Below, in pieces: positions 11,682 to 24,505 of a DNA stretch of 64,000 bases. The DNA lies in the NCBI GenBank assembly GCA_977018835.1, contig OZ361256.1, positions 4,154,001 to 4,218,000 on the forward strand. Direction: 5' to 3'. The position numbers and the translations under genes were made by a program. How positions within the stretch are numbered: position 1 is the stretch's first letter; every line of letters starts with the position of its first letter. Origin of the DNA: Minutocellus sp. GHC0000111 (Eukaryota). Under the pieces are notes generated by a model. That model saw only the letters and a list, made by a program, of their open reading frames with translations. It searched no databases and had not been told where the DNA came from.

Positions 11682-12632
11682 TTGGAAAATTCGCCACAAC
11701 TACGTAGCGATGAAAGGCGTAACCATTTCCAGTCCAAGCCTTCGCTGAGTGCCGAAGGAGGCGAGAAAGTCGAGACGGCGACGATGACCAGCACATGTGT
11801 CGTCGTCGGGCTGAACTCACTTGCCCCTGCTACATGTAATGCGATAAAGAACCTTCAGCAGGAAATAACAGTGGAGATGAAATCACAGAAGTTGCCCCCT
11901 GACGATAACTTTCTTCCTGAGCTAACGAGGGGTCTTTCGCTCGCATGTGACGACACGGGCGCATCGTTTTGTGCTCCATCTCCGGATACATGTACTTTCG
12001 ACGACGGGTCTCCTTCGCGTCAACGTAATGCAAATGTTAGCAATCCCAGGACCCGTCTTCATTTCGACGAAGAAGGCACCAAAACGCCAATACGAGGCAT
12101 ATACAAGAAGAAAGCTGTGGACTTCTGGTCTACAGTCAGGGTAAGAGACATCCCAAGAAAGACAGACGAGCAACTGCAAAAGGTATGGTACTCCCACGAA
12201 GAACAAGACCAAATTATGGTGCAGGCGCAGAAAGTTGTGAAGCTTTGTCGTCGCTCAAAAATGTCTGAGGATGACTTCGAGGACGAGCATCTGGAAAGCA
12301 CCCTGGGTCTTGACCATTTCCTAAATAAGGCCCTCTTCAAGCGACTCAGCCAAGAAAGGAAGGATGTTATAGACGCCGTCATCCTCCTGCGAGAGGAAAT
12401 GAGTGCCATCTGCAGGCCCAGTGATCACAACTTGCTGGCACGTGCGTGCTCCACCCTCAGCTTTCCGGCGAGGGAGCGAGCTCATCTGGTGGGACTTGGT
12501 TACTCTCAGCTTTTCGCCTATGTGCTAGGCCAATCAGAGCAAGGAAGTAGCTACCAATGCAGCGGCCAAGACCGTAATCTGCGCCTACCTTCATCATCTG
12601 GCGTTGCACAGCGAGTGCTTACCTACCGGTAG
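11682..12632 (+). CDS. Diatom 'VxF...(R/L)GL(E/D)' family hypothetical protein, paralog of 14934-15830
   Basis: AVDFWSTVRVRDI, WYS, TLGLDH motifs; near-duplicate of the downstream gene; start uncertain. Confidence 0.75.
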   Translation: MENSPQLRSDERRNHFQSKPSLSAEGGEKVETATMTSTCVVVGLNSLAPATCNAIKNLQQEITVEMKSQKLPPDDNFLPELTRGLSLACDDTGASFCAPSPDTCTFDDGSPSRQRNANVSNPRTRLHFDEEGTKTPIRGIYKKKAVDFWSTVRVRDIPRKTDEQLQKVWYSHEEQDQIMVQAQKVVKLCRRSKMSEDDFEDEHLESTLGLDHFLNKALFKRLSQERKDVIDAVILLREEMSAICRPSDHNLLARACSTLSFPARERAHLVGLGYSQLFAYVLGQSEQGSSYQCSGQDRNLRLPSSSGVAQRVLTYR

Positions 12633-12983
12633 CTACGTAGCTATCAAGCCGGACGCTGGTCGTTGGACTCTTTACACGTGCGTGTAATCGAGCTACCCTG
12701 GCTCGGTATTTTTGTAATGTGTGCATGCATGTATACAGCTATAGATTCTACATTTTTAAAAGCTACACTCAACATTTACTTTACGTGTGCACTGGTACGC
12801 ACCGGTAGAACCGAACGAAAAGATCTAATGAAGAGACATCTATCGCACGATATGTAGATCTATCTGGGTGTACATGTATGGCTTGGGAGTGGGCACACAC
12901 ACGGTCACAGGTCACAGTCCGTGTGCACATCGCCACATGCTAGATCTAGACTAGACTCTACTGTACTGTAGAGTCTAACTACA

Positions 12984-13066
12984 TATTACAAATCAGCAAA
13001 AAAAGTCACTAATAGGCGAGTTAGGTGATCGAAGGGACGACTCCCAACGGCAAATCCCAGCGAACT
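12984..13066 (-). repeat. Dispersed ~83-bp structured repeat, copy 1
   Basis: Matches 13272-13354 (same orientation) and 36816-36902 (inverted). Confidence 0.9.
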
Positions 13067-13271
13067 ACCAACGACGAACAGACCATTCCTGCTGGGAGCA
13101 AAGCTCAACCAAGCAGGCGCACAATCCCAGCTGCAAGTCGATGAAATAGGGTACAGTCTAACTACCGGTACATGTACATGTACCTCGGTTCACTAGATCT
13201 AGATCTATTGGCGGCGCGTTCTTGAAACTAGATCTATATAATATGCAATACGATGAATTAATATATACATT

Positions 13272-13354
13272 ATGTATTATAAATCAGCAAAGAATGTCAT
13301 TAGTAGACGAGTTAGGTGATCGTTGCGACGAATCCCAACGGTCAAATCCCAGCG
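13272..13354 (-). repeat. Dispersed ~83-bp structured repeat, copy 2
   Basis: aaatcagcaaagaatgtcattagtagacgagttaggtgatcgttg..caacggtcaaatcccagcg. Confidence 0.9.
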
Positions 13355-13556
13355 TTATACTATAATATATTGTAAATGTGCGAGCTTCTCCTAGAAAAGC
13401 TTGATCTGCTAGTTTATCATCAAAATTATTAGATCTGCATGTGTGTAATATCAAAATTTCGTTATCAAAATTCTTGCATAAGCAGCATGAGGTAAGATGC
13501 ATGAATTTGTGTGCAGTGTGAGTCAAATGCGTGTAAAGTATTATCCTTCAGGCAGA

Positions 13557-14393
13557 TCAGTTGAATTGCAATCCGAGGACCGGATCTTTGGCCTGAGTGC
13601 CCTGTGTTGCCGGGTTGTCAACTTCGACAAAGGACGACGAACGTCGTCCAACGATCGGCTTGAAATTTGTGCCCTGGTGGTGCTGAGTGCGGGCAGCCGA
13701 ACACATGTACATGTAGTACGCCATCGACTTGGATCTCTCCTGTACAAGGCATTGCTTGATGGCGGCCTCGTCCTCTATTCCACGGGCGATGGCCCGTTCT
13801 CGGGCTTGATGGCTACCCCCTGCGCTGACCTGGGCAATTCTCTCCTCCTTGTCGATGAGGGTGTTCATCATGGAGTCGTTGATTACGTCTTGGACGTCGA
13901 GGACGCTGCAGATGACGTTGAACTGCTCTTGTAGAAGACGTTGGTGCATCCTCCTAGAGGAGAACGGCTCCAATCCTCGGAGGCTAATTGACAAATTAAG
14001 ATGACGAACCTCAGGTTTTTCCTTCATGAGGTACGAATTCTTGGTCAGTTGCTTGACGGTCTTAATATCGGCCTTGGCTTCGCTCTGGATATCAGCTTGC
14101 TCCTGCTTTGACAGCCACGCTGCCTGAAAGTAGGCCTCGTCACGGAACGGAATCCTTTTCACCCGCACGGTATCCGAGAAAGCAACTTTCTTCTTGTCGG
14201 AGGCGGGCGTTGGCGCGGATGCTGAAGATATCTTCAGCAATGGTGGATGACGATGAGACTGTCGTTTTTCCTCGACTTGTTTGGCATGCTCGAGGCTACA
14301 ACGATGAAAGAAGTTCATTGCTTCGCTACTACGGTCGTACATATATTGTGAGATTGGCCCTGCTGAAAGAGCATGGGGTTGCGTGCTCGCCAC
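13557..14393 (-). CDS. Diatom 'VxF...RGLE' family hypothetical protein
   Basis: KKVAFSDTVRVKRI, SLRGLE, SVLDVQ, ARERAIARG motifs. Confidence 0.8.
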   Translation of the reverse strand: MASTQPHALSAGPISQYMYDRSSEAMNFFHRCSLEHAKQVEEKRQSHRHPPLLKISSASAPTPASDKKKVAFSDTVRVKRIPFRDEAYFQAAWLSKQEQADIQSEAKADIKTVKQLTKNSYLMKEKPEVRHLNLSISLRGLEPFSSRRMHQRLLQEQFNVICSVLDVQDVINDSMMNTLIDKEERIAQVSAGGSHQARERAIARGIEDEAAIKQCLVQERSKSMAYYMYMCSAARTQHHQGTNFKPIVGRRSSSFVEVDNPATQGTQAKDPVLGLQFN

Positions 14394-14421
14394 GAATTGA
14401 CAAAGTTTATGTCATTGCATG

Positions 14422-14474
14422 TGGGTGATCATGCCCATGGGTGATCATGCCCGTGAGTGGGGGTGATCATGCCC
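14422..14474. repeat. Three copies of quasi-palindromic GGGTGATCATGCCC just upstream of 13557-14393
   Basis: gggtgatcatgccc x3 within about 53 bp. Confidence 0.85.
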
Positions 14475-14933
14475 GTTTGTGCTAAGACCGGTCCTACGTA
14501 GCTACTCTCTAGCTAGAGGCCTACTACGTTGTAGATAGTACAATGTAGCACCTACTCGTACACGTAAAAGTAAGACGGGATGCGACAACGGTGATCAACG
14601 CAAAAAAATGAATTATCACTCTGTGACTGCCTGGCGCCTTGCGCAATGCAATTGTAGCCTAAAATGTAGCCTACTAACTAATTCCTACACGTAGAGATGT
14701 TGTTCCCATGACAAATTTTGTGTTCCCATTCTGTTCCCATGTGTCTGTTTACGTGTATTTTGTGTATTTCTTCAGCAGCAGCTATTCCCGTTCTGACGCA
14801 GTGACTGCACTGCTTCTCTCGCAGGCAGTGGCATCCTCGGGCATCACACACGTACTACGTAGTAGTAAACCCACACAGAAATGATGAGTTGGAGTGGTAT
14901 GAGAAAGTTGGATAAATTCACCACATACTAGCG

Positions 14934-15830
14934 ATGAATCGAATAAAGGAAGCAAGGCGTAACCATCTGCAGCCCAAGCCTTCGCTTGGCGCCGAAGGCC
15001 GGGGTGAGAAAGTGGAGATGGCGACCAGCACACGCGTCTTCGGGCTGAACTCAGGCTCACTTGCCCCTGCTACTAGTACTGGTAAAGCTATCCAGAAACT
15101 TCAGCAAGGAATGACGGTGGGGATGAAATCACAGAAGTTACAGGTAGATTTAAGTAACGTCACAGCTGCATCGCCCCTTTGCGCTCCATTTCCGGATACT
15201 TCCAACGACGGGTCTCCTTCGCGTCAACGTGCTACCGATAGTAGCAATCACAAGACTTGCCTTCATTTCAACGAAGGCGCCAAAACGCCAATACGAGGCA
15301 TATACAAGAAGAAGAAAGCAGTGGGCTTTGAAATTACAGTCAGAGTAAGAGACATCCCAAGAAAGACAGACGAGCAACTGCAAAAGGTATGGTACTCCCA
15401 CGAAGAACAAGACCAAATTATGGTGCAGGCGCAGAAAGTTGTGAAGCTTTGTCGTCGCTCAAAAATGTCTGAGGATGACTTCGAGGACGAGCATCTGGAA
15501 AGCACCCTGGGTCTTGACCATTTCCTAAATAAGGCCCTCTTCAAGCGACTCAGCCAAGAAAGGAAGGATGTTATAGACGCCATCATCCTCCTGCAAGAGG
15601 AAATGAGTGCCATCGGCAGGCCCATTGATCACGACTTGCTGGCAAGTGCGTGCTCCAACCTCAGCTTCCCGGCGAGGGAGCGAGCTCATCTGGTGGGACT
15701 TGGTTACTCTCAGCTTTCCGCCTATGTGCGAGGTCAATCAGACCAACGAAGTAGCCACGAACGCGGCGGCCGAGACCATGATCTGTGCCTGCCTTCATTG
15801 CTGGCGTTGCAGCAGCGAGGACTTACCTAG
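14934..15830 (+). CDS. Diatom 'VxF...(R/L)GL(E/D)' family hypothetical protein, paralog of 11682-12632
   Basis: 298-aa ORF; shares a 237-bp identical core with the upstream paralog. Confidence 0.8.
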   Translation: MNRIKEARRNHLQPKPSLGAEGRGEKVEMATSTRVFGLNSGSLAPATSTGKAIQKLQQGMTVGMKSQKLQVDLSNVTAASPLCAPFPDTSNDGSPSRQRATDSSNHKTCLHFNEGAKTPIRGIYKKKKAVGFEITVRVRDIPRKTDEQLQKVWYSHEEQDQIMVQAQKVVKLCRRSKMSEDDFEDEHLESTLGLDHFLNKALFKRLSQERKDVIDAIILLQEEMSAIGRPIDHDLLASACSNLSFPARERAHLVGLGYSQLSAYVRGQSDQRSSHERGGRDHDLCLPSLLALQQRGLT

Positions 15831-16414
15831 CTAGCCTAGTAATCAAGCTGCTAGAAATAAATTTTAATCGAGTCACAGGCTCGGGATTTTGGTAACATAC
15901 TAGTATATGTGTGCATGTACAGCTGTAGATCAACTGCATTTTTAAATTCAATTGTAATTCAATAATCCTATGGTATAGAGACATTTTTCGCACGATATGA
16001 ACTTATGCGGGCGTGTATTTATGCGGGCGTGTGGCGTGGGAATGTGTACACATGTACACACTGGGTCAAAATCGGTGGTTGAATCGTTGATGATGGCTTC
16101 CACTTCGACTATAACCTGCGATCTAAGCACTGGATCTTTCTGGATGCGTGGGAGGTCGGGCTAAGAGATATGAAGTCATTAACGGGCTGTACAGGCACAC
16201 TCGGTATTCGGGCATTTCAATTAATTTAAATTAAATATATTTATCATGTCCACTTCCTTCAAAAATATAGAACGTAGAGATATCACATGACGAATCGCAT
16301 CGGTGTTTTCGCCCGAACATGTGGCTTCTGTAGGAATTCCTACTTAGGTCTTAGTGTGACAATTCGATATTTACGTAGAATTCAATGATACATGTAAGAT
16401 GAATATTGGCCACA

Positions 16415-19400
16415 CTAACGCTCCACGGCTGCCGATGCAAGCCTGGCGCCCTCAAGGCGGGCCTTGCGTTCCATGTCCTTGCTGACGGCCTCGTTGATTG
16501 CTTCCGTCCAGCTGATCTTGGTCGCCTCGTCAACGGCAAACACCATGAACGATTTGCGCGGATGCCGAATGTGGAAGGCTCGGTTGGTCTTGCGGGCAGC
16601 TCCGGTGAATTTGTCGGTGATCTTGAGCAGGTAGAGAGGTAATTCCTCGTGAATCTTGTAATCACCGGCCGATGACTTGTGAGCATAGACCAAAACATCA
16701 CTGAACAGGAAGAAGCGGTACCTGGCATTCCGTCCCGAAGTGTTGGCCCTCTTGACGAGGTCGCCCTCCTTGATGAAGGCGCGAGACGGGTCGTTGAGCA
16801 GGAGCTCGCCCTTTCGAATGCGACGGGCGACGCGTTTCATATCACGTCGAAGCTTGGAGTCGGTGTGGAGCGACGTGTGGATGTCGCGGATCATGTCGTA
16901 GACCATCTGAACTGCGGCGTCCTTGGACTCGTCGGACGAGCCCTCAGAACAGTATCCCTCCAACTTCTTGTACCAGTCTTCCTTCTGGTAGGCATGGTGA
17001 TCGTGATGCTGGAGGCGCTGCTTCTTGGCTTCTTCTTCATCTTCCATTCCCCTCGTCTCCTTGAAAAACTTGACTCGAGCAAGCTGAGTGATAAAGGCGG
17101 CGCGCTCTGTGGGCATGTCCAGGCAGATTGTGGCACAAAGAGCATACTTGAGAACGTCGAGGCAGGACTCTAGGCCCTTGGAGTCAAGATGGGCCGTGTC
17201 GAGGGTATTGTTAATGATGAGATGAAAGTGGTGCCAGGTAACACCGACGGCATTGCGGACGAGCTCGCGCGGTATGATCGGGCTATTGGCAGCGCCCTCC
17301 TCTTGGCCGTAATCGTAGTCGGCAATCGTAAGGAAGGGATGCCTCTGCACAGCAACGCCGCGGAGAAGCTCTTGCGCCGGTTTGACGTTTCCAACAAGCG
17401 CCTTGATCATGGTCGTCAAATCCTCATCGGCACCATCATTGTCAGTGCGGCCGCGAGAAGGAGCCGCGGATGAGGAGTATCTCGACTTTTCGGTGCTACC
17501 GCTTCTAATACTGGATGCGCCTCTGCCATTGGGCGCAACATAGATCTCAATCGCGTGGGATTCAATAGAATCGTAAATGGCAGAGAGATAATCTCGTGAA
17601 AGATCCTCGGAGCTCTCAACTCCCCGCAAATTATTCAAGAATTCAGATTTTGTCATCTTCTTGCGCTGCTTTCGTGCCGATCCTGCGGTGCCGCTAATAC
17701 CAACGCTGTGGAGGTCGGTGTTGAGCATAATGATTGCAAAGGAGATCAAAAAGACAGTGTCTTGATCCTTGAAAGGGCATCGGATGTGATCGCCGGCATT
17801 GTCTTCCCAGTAGCACTGCGCAAAGGTACTGATGATACGGTCGATGCGCTGAGCCTCGCCTGGAAGACGGAAGCCACAGCTTGTGAGGAAATGGCGCAAC
17901 CCTTGCTCGACATTCATTCCGACGAAAGATATGGCCCGGACGTAGTTGAAACGAATGAGATTCCAATATTCGACGTCGGCGCCGTCTCTGCCTCCCTCGC
18001 CGAGGTACTCTCCAAGAGCTTCCGGGTCAATCTGTGCCTGATGAAGACGAAGGAATGATGCTACGTCTCGTGCCGAGGGAGCGATAAAGTTGCAGGCCAG
18101 CAAGTATTCAATGGCCTTCTTCAAACCCTTGGTGGCCATAATGTCGAGAGCAACCTGAAGCTTTTCCTCGGTCTTTTGTGTTTCCACCTTGGGATTTATC
18201 GAAGATTCATCTGTCGTGCTCTTCACCTCGTCATCGTTATTTGTATTCCTTTTCGAAGGTGTATCGCCCGATGCCTCTTTGTCGTCTTCCTTTACGGTGC
18301 TCATAGGAGGAGGTCGATTGGCATTCATTCTGGGTGTAGGCGATAGTGGCGGAAGGCCACCGTTGCCATGGTTGGCATCGTTTGCCTTGGAACCGCCAGC
18401 CATGGGAGTGATGCGGATATCAGGTGATGCAAAGTTCGACATGTGGTGCGGATCCATGGGCGACATGACCATCCTTCGCCGTTCAGCAAGCGAGGTCTGC
18501 CAGTACTCAACCATATCGGCACTTGTACAGGAATCAAGTGCTCGTCCTGGAGAGTGGCTAGAGTGCCTTGTAGAAGTAGATCGGAGTGGTGATTTTGCTG
18601 CCTTGGTTGACTTTGGCATGCGGAGGGGCGACGAGGGAACTCCGGCACCGGGTCTCCAGCCCGCTCTCCCCGCTGTTTCGATCTCAACAATGGCACTCTC
18701 ATCATCCCGAATCGTCGATGCGACGGAGCGAGTTTCGTCATCGTGGGGACGGCTAGTATCGATCGTTAGATTCATCATTGGCCTCTTCGGGGGATCACTG
18801 TAGTCGGTATCATCAGATGTGGCAGCAACCGACGAGAGGGAAGGAAGGTTGAAACCACCAGAGGGAGTTGTCCTGTGCTTGCCTTTGATCCGTTCGTAGC
18901 GATCTCCAGAAGTCAAGGCCGCACATTGCATAAAGCACTTGACGACTTGGCTGATTGCCTCGAACGCCTTCTCTTGAATCAATCTCGCTCCTTCTCGCAT
19001 CTCCGCCATTTCGGCAAAGTCGGCACCTGCGACAACAGCAGAAGAGAGTGCTGCGGCAGATGATGCAGTTCCTCCGCCATCTCCGGCACCACTCATCTGT
19101 GTTGCCCGGATCGTTTCTGATACGATATCTCCTGCCTCTTCCGCCAAGGTGCAGAGCGACTCGCAAAGTCGCTGTGTGATTTTCCAATACGACCCAGGGA
19201 GCATTGGGACGTTGGATTTTCCGGAGACGTCGACAATGTCAAAATTGAGGAAAAGATCAAGCACATCCTTCGGGTCGGAGGAGAACCAGCGCTTCACTTC
19301 GGTCAGAACATCCAACTGTTGGGCAAGGAGAGAAGTATCGAATTCCTCCAAAAGAGGCGAGTCTGACCCATGACCAGACAAACGCTTTGCAATATCCTTC

Positions 19401-22400
19401 AGTCGTTTTGGCGGGAGTACTTGTGGACCAAGGCGGAGCATTTTAACGAAGAACTGCTCGATGAGGACACCAAGCTCCAGCTTCAAGTTGTAGCGATAAT
19501 AGGAATGGCACCACAGCTCAGAAACGATGCGAGCGACTCGGCGGAAGACGCGGCGATTCTCGAGACCAGAGCTAGTATTGGAAAGGAGACAAGTCACAAC
19601 AAGGCGGCGGACAGCATAGGCCATGGTGGCGAATGCTGCATCATCCTTCTGCGGATCGTAAAAACTGCCATTGCCTCGCGGAGGTCGGCCGCCCGCTACA
19701 TCCTCAGCTCCTTTTCGCAGATTCTCTGACATGGACAAGTCCCTCCAACGCTCGAGATAGTGGAGGAGGAGCTCCAGGCTGAGAATTTTGCTTGCAACAT
19801 CTAAAAGGTAAATTCGAAGAAGGAGGGTAATGAAGGCAAAGTAGTGAGCAACCATGTGAAATGAAGCCGCGCCCTTTGTACGCTCAAAATATAAATTTGC
19901 ACCATGATGAAGAGCTTACCTCTCGGCACCAGATTGGCAGATTGGGCGACTCGTCGGACCTTTCCACTGGACACTTTGACCAAACTAGCAAGCATGGAGA
20001 AGGATACTACGAAGCGGAACTTTGTCTCCTCGCTCGCGTCGTAGCGTCCAAACAAACCCACACCGCAGGAAGTCATCATGTCATGCCAAAACAACTCGCT
20101 ACCACCGGAGCGATGTACTTGGTGCAAAGCCAGCTGGGTGAAATTCGTCATTTCCACCCTATCGGTGGAGTCGTCCACAAATTCGTCGGCCGCCTCTCCG
20201 ACAAATATACCAATTGTAGATTTGGTGAGTGCCGAAAGCTTGCCAAAGGAGTTGGTCGAAAGTTTCATGTCCATAAAGTCTGCTGTTGCCATCGCGATGA
20301 TGTCACGACGCTCTTCTGGGCTCAACACCCGCATCCTCCCGATAACTACAGTGATAAGATCCTTGAGAGCAAGTGCCGCAGCCTGTGGAGCGCCGCCAGG
20401 GAGGTATCCTCTTTTCTTACGCAAACTGGGAAGGCCGCCATCGCTGATATCGGTGTTGTTGCCACCATTTTCGTCACCGTCGTCAAGGAGAATGGTATCA
20501 ACAAGACTGTCTGCAATAGATGCACCGCCCTTATTCTCGCCTTTCGTTTTCTTCGACGGACTGTCACTGCCATCATTTGGCCAATTGCCCGCGGTAGGGA
20601 TGCTTGCCCCAAAGTAGAACACAAAGAGATAAAATCGAAGGACGTAGCCAATAGTTCTGACATTCAGGTTGCCACCTGCCAACCGAAGGGCGTCGCCCAC
20701 AAATTCAATGCAGCTAACAAACGAAGTCTCCCTTGATGATGATGTCGCCACATCGCATACGACCTGAACAGCAAGGTCCAGTAGAGTCAATCTTGTGGAA
20801 CACTCGGACTCATGACGAGAAATGCTCGTAATGACATCGGGGAGGAAGAAATCTGTTTCGTTGAGGAGCCTGGTTAAGCCATCAACGGCCATTAAGGATG
20901 AACCGCCATGTTGAGTATAGCAGGCGGTGAGAATTGGAGTCAGAACTGAAGTACGCGCTTGTAGCAACACGACCGCTGCTGCCCTTGCAGCCACAGGATC
21001 GCTAGCCTCAGATATCGAAGGCGAGTCGACGGTAGGAATAAAATCCATGGCATTGAAGCAACTCTGCATGGCAGGATCGGGATCGGTAAATATAGTGCGT
21101 GCCTTTGCTCGCGGGCTGTCGCCCCCCTTCTTGCCGAAGAGGTCCATTGCAGCGTCGCTATCAAAACGAGATTCTTCGACGCGCTCACTCTCGTCTTCCT
21201 CGTCGTCATCGTTATCACTAAACACAGAAGATATCTTGTTTGCATAGGGACTTGGCATTGGACTGCCTCGGATGGCACGAGGCGGGCCATGACCGTGACC
21301 TGATATGTTGTGGAGAGAAAACGATTCTGCCGAGGATGCATTCCACGACAAGCCTTTTGCCCGAGAAGCGGAGTGAATCGAAGCCGATGAGTTGCTTACA
21401 ACCGAAGCCTCATCAGTGTAAAAGGAACCGTTGAGATCATTGTTGCTATGACGCGAATCGAGTAACGATATCCCCCGTTCTAGGTTTGGCGAGGGTGTTG
21501 AGTATGCTGAATTTTCTCGAGGACGACCATCCGAAGATTTGAACTTCGAGCTATACACTGATCCGTCAGACTTTGGCGAGGAAGGTGCACCCTTTTTGCT
21601 TTGTTCGGCACCTCCCTTCGCCTCGGCTGCCTTTTGTCTGCGACTGGCCTCAATGAGAGTCAGCCGGTTCGTCACACTAGACGGACTGAGAAGTGGATGG
21701 GTGCTTCTATCCATCACATGGAATTTGCCAACCTTGGATGGCACAACGGTACCACCGGTGCAAAAGTATGCTCGGAGTCGTCGCTCCCAAATGACCTCGC
21801 CGTCGCCGCCAACCTTGCCTCGGGTTCTATCAGGCGCTGAGGCCAAGCCACACGCAGCTGCAATGCCAGCAGCTGCCGCTGCATCGCAACCCTTGCTATC
21901 GAGCTGAAGATTTGAGTAATAAACAGCAAGAACCAGAGGAAGCGGTCGGAGTGGCTCCAAATTGGCAAGGCGCTGGCGGAAAGCCAAGAAGAGAGCGGGG
22001 CCTGCACCGTGGTTGATATCGGCAACGAAATTTCGGGGAGTTCTCTCCAGTACCGTGTAACCCTCTGGAACAGACTCCTGTGCTGACGGTGCCAAGGGAA
22101 GGATGCCAGTCAATGGATTACCTTCTCGGGAACGACGGTAGCAGAGATAGACACGTTCGCCAGCTGTTCAGAAATTTAGATTGGCTGGAATGGTTCCTCC
22201 ACCACTTCCTGCACTGGACGCTCCACTTGAGCTCTTTGACGACGAGGAAGAGCCACCGCCTCTCTTTTTCCGATTAGGACTGTTGCTGCCGGAGTCTTTT
22301 TTGTCGCCTCCATTCTTATATCTTCGGACAACACAAAATCCCGGTGGGACGAATCTACGTAGTGAGCACAAAAGGAAGACCAAGCAAATAGGTGAGATGG

Positions 22401-24505
22401 GTGAGCAGACTCGCCTGAAATAAAGTTGGCGCAAAACAATACTACTGCAGGCTCCCACTTACTCATTTCGATCGGGATAAATCACTGTTATTGCCGTCAC
22501 ACAAGGCCGCTGAACGGCCCTGTCCCAGTTCGGTTCTTTCTTTACGTTGACGTAGAGGGCGACGGGCTTCCGGCTCAGTTGCGTCAAGGCTGACTTGCCA
22601 CTCTTGGCCGACGATGTCTTGCCCGTTTTGGCTCGTTTCAGCGTGGACAAATCGATGCCCGATGACGATTGGGCAATGCGATAGTAACCCTTTGGAGGTC
22701 GCTCGTTGCCAACTGTGACGATGATGTCTGTGATGGCACCAGTGAGAATGTCTGGAGTTTGATTCTCAATGGCACATGATTCTTTCGGGAGGGATGATGC
22801 CCCCGTCGGGGGTCGGGGCAATGGCAGATTAGTCTGCGCAGTTAGACCAGAAAGGTTAGGGTTTGGATTCTGTTTGAACGATCCCAAGTGGACTTTCAGG
22901 TGAGAAAGGACTTGCATCATCGACGAGGGTAGTAGGTTTGGCAGGCGTCGTTGGCGGCAAAGCTATCGAAGGGTCGGACCGCGAAAACTTGTCGAGCCGA
23001 TTTTTCATTTTGGACGACCTGCTCGATTTGCCAATCGACCGACTGCCACCTGTACCGGTTGCGCCAGAACCCGCCGCGCGTGCTGCCGATCCACGAGGAC
23101 CGGGGGGACTAAATGGTGTCGAACTCAGGTGCCTTGCGTATTCGGAACCAAACATTCGAAGCATCCGCCGGGGCGAAGGAACTTGCGAGACCGCAGGGGG
23201 GATAAAGACGTCCTCACCGCTTCCATCAATGACATTCTTTCTGATCATTTTGGAATGCTCCGGGGTCTTTTGGACAGGCTCATTGTCACCATAATTGGCT
23301 TCTTCTTGGGTCCTAGCAGCGTGATCATTGGCATTCGCATCGGATCCGACCGCGGCAACTGTGTCAAGCGTCCTTGCACAAAGAGCCGCCAAACTGACGG
23401 TGCCCATCCTGGTCTCTGTCTTGCGCAGTGCCTTGGCAGAGTACGGACCAACCTGCTGCTGCTGGCCCGACGCGCTATAGTTGGAAAGCAGAGGGGCCGT
23501 GGTAGCCGAAGCCGGCGGGACGGGGACGGCAGGAGCGGGCGACGCCGTGGCGGGGGTCGAGCACCGTGTGCTCGGTGCCGTCCCGTCCTCCCCATCGTCA
23601 TAGTCCATGGAATCGCTGCTCTTGAGCTGGATCAGGGCGAGGAGCGACCCCTCGTCGGATTCCCAGGTCTTCATCGGTTCGATATCGCCCGCCACATCGC
23701 CACCACCACCACCGGCAGCGGCGTGGCCACCTCCGTAGCTGCTCCCTTCAATGCTCAGGGGGCTGCCCAAACTGCTACTGTCAACCGAAGCCGTGTGTCG
23801 GATGCTTCCGTTGGCGTTGCTTCTGCCCCCATCTTGTTGCGACGATGGCACGGCAACCGTCCCCGTCGACGAAATTGTATTGGCCACACTGGCGGTGGGA
23901 CTCGTGAGGATCCGCCCTCGCGGAGCGGTTGTGGTGGCAGCATTTGCCCTCGGGGTACCACTTCCACGGCCAGGCGCAAACAACGGCTGCATCGAGGGCG
24001 GGATGACGTGCCGCTGACGAGAGAACCCCTGCTCCAAAGGAGTGGCAGCACCGGCACTGACACCACCAAACGGTGCCTTGTGCTTTCTCCCCTGGTTGCG
24101 GGGTGACGCCGACATGGACGTACCCTGCCGACCGGGACTCTTGGGCCTGATGCTCATGGTCCTCGTCGTCCCACCGAGACCGACGACGCCGATGGCCTCC
24201 TCTTCGTTGTCGGGCGGACAATCGTTGAGGGTGACCTGATCCAGTATTTCCTTTACCAGAGAGCAGGCCTGGGTCAGTCCCGACCCCGGTGGGGGAGGTG
24301 GTCTGGGCACCTCGTGGCGGATTGAGATACCATTGGCATCCTTGCCATCATCGGCATTGGTCGCGCCAGTATGGTTGGCAGTCGGATCGCCAAAGGTGGT
24401 GCTGTCCGATCGTTGCCTCGCCGGACCTTCTCCTTCCGATCCGACACCCGAAACGGTATTGGTCAGATGCTGCTCGTACCGAGTCCGCGGAGTTGGCGCC
24501 TCCAT
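16415..24505 (-). CDS. Large ARF guanine-nucleotide exchange factor: MABP domain + HUS/Sec7_N-like + Sec7 + PH (multi-exon; one frameshift and one in-frame stop as assembled)
   Basis: Sec7 motifs FRLPGEAQRIDRI and IIMLNTDLH; LFLNFD HUS box; PH motif RYRFFLFSDVLVYAH; MABP-like ITDIIV..PPKGY and ERVYLCYRRS. GT-AG introns at about 22460-22355 and 19917-19802; frameshift near 22860; TGA at 22168. Confidence 0.88.
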
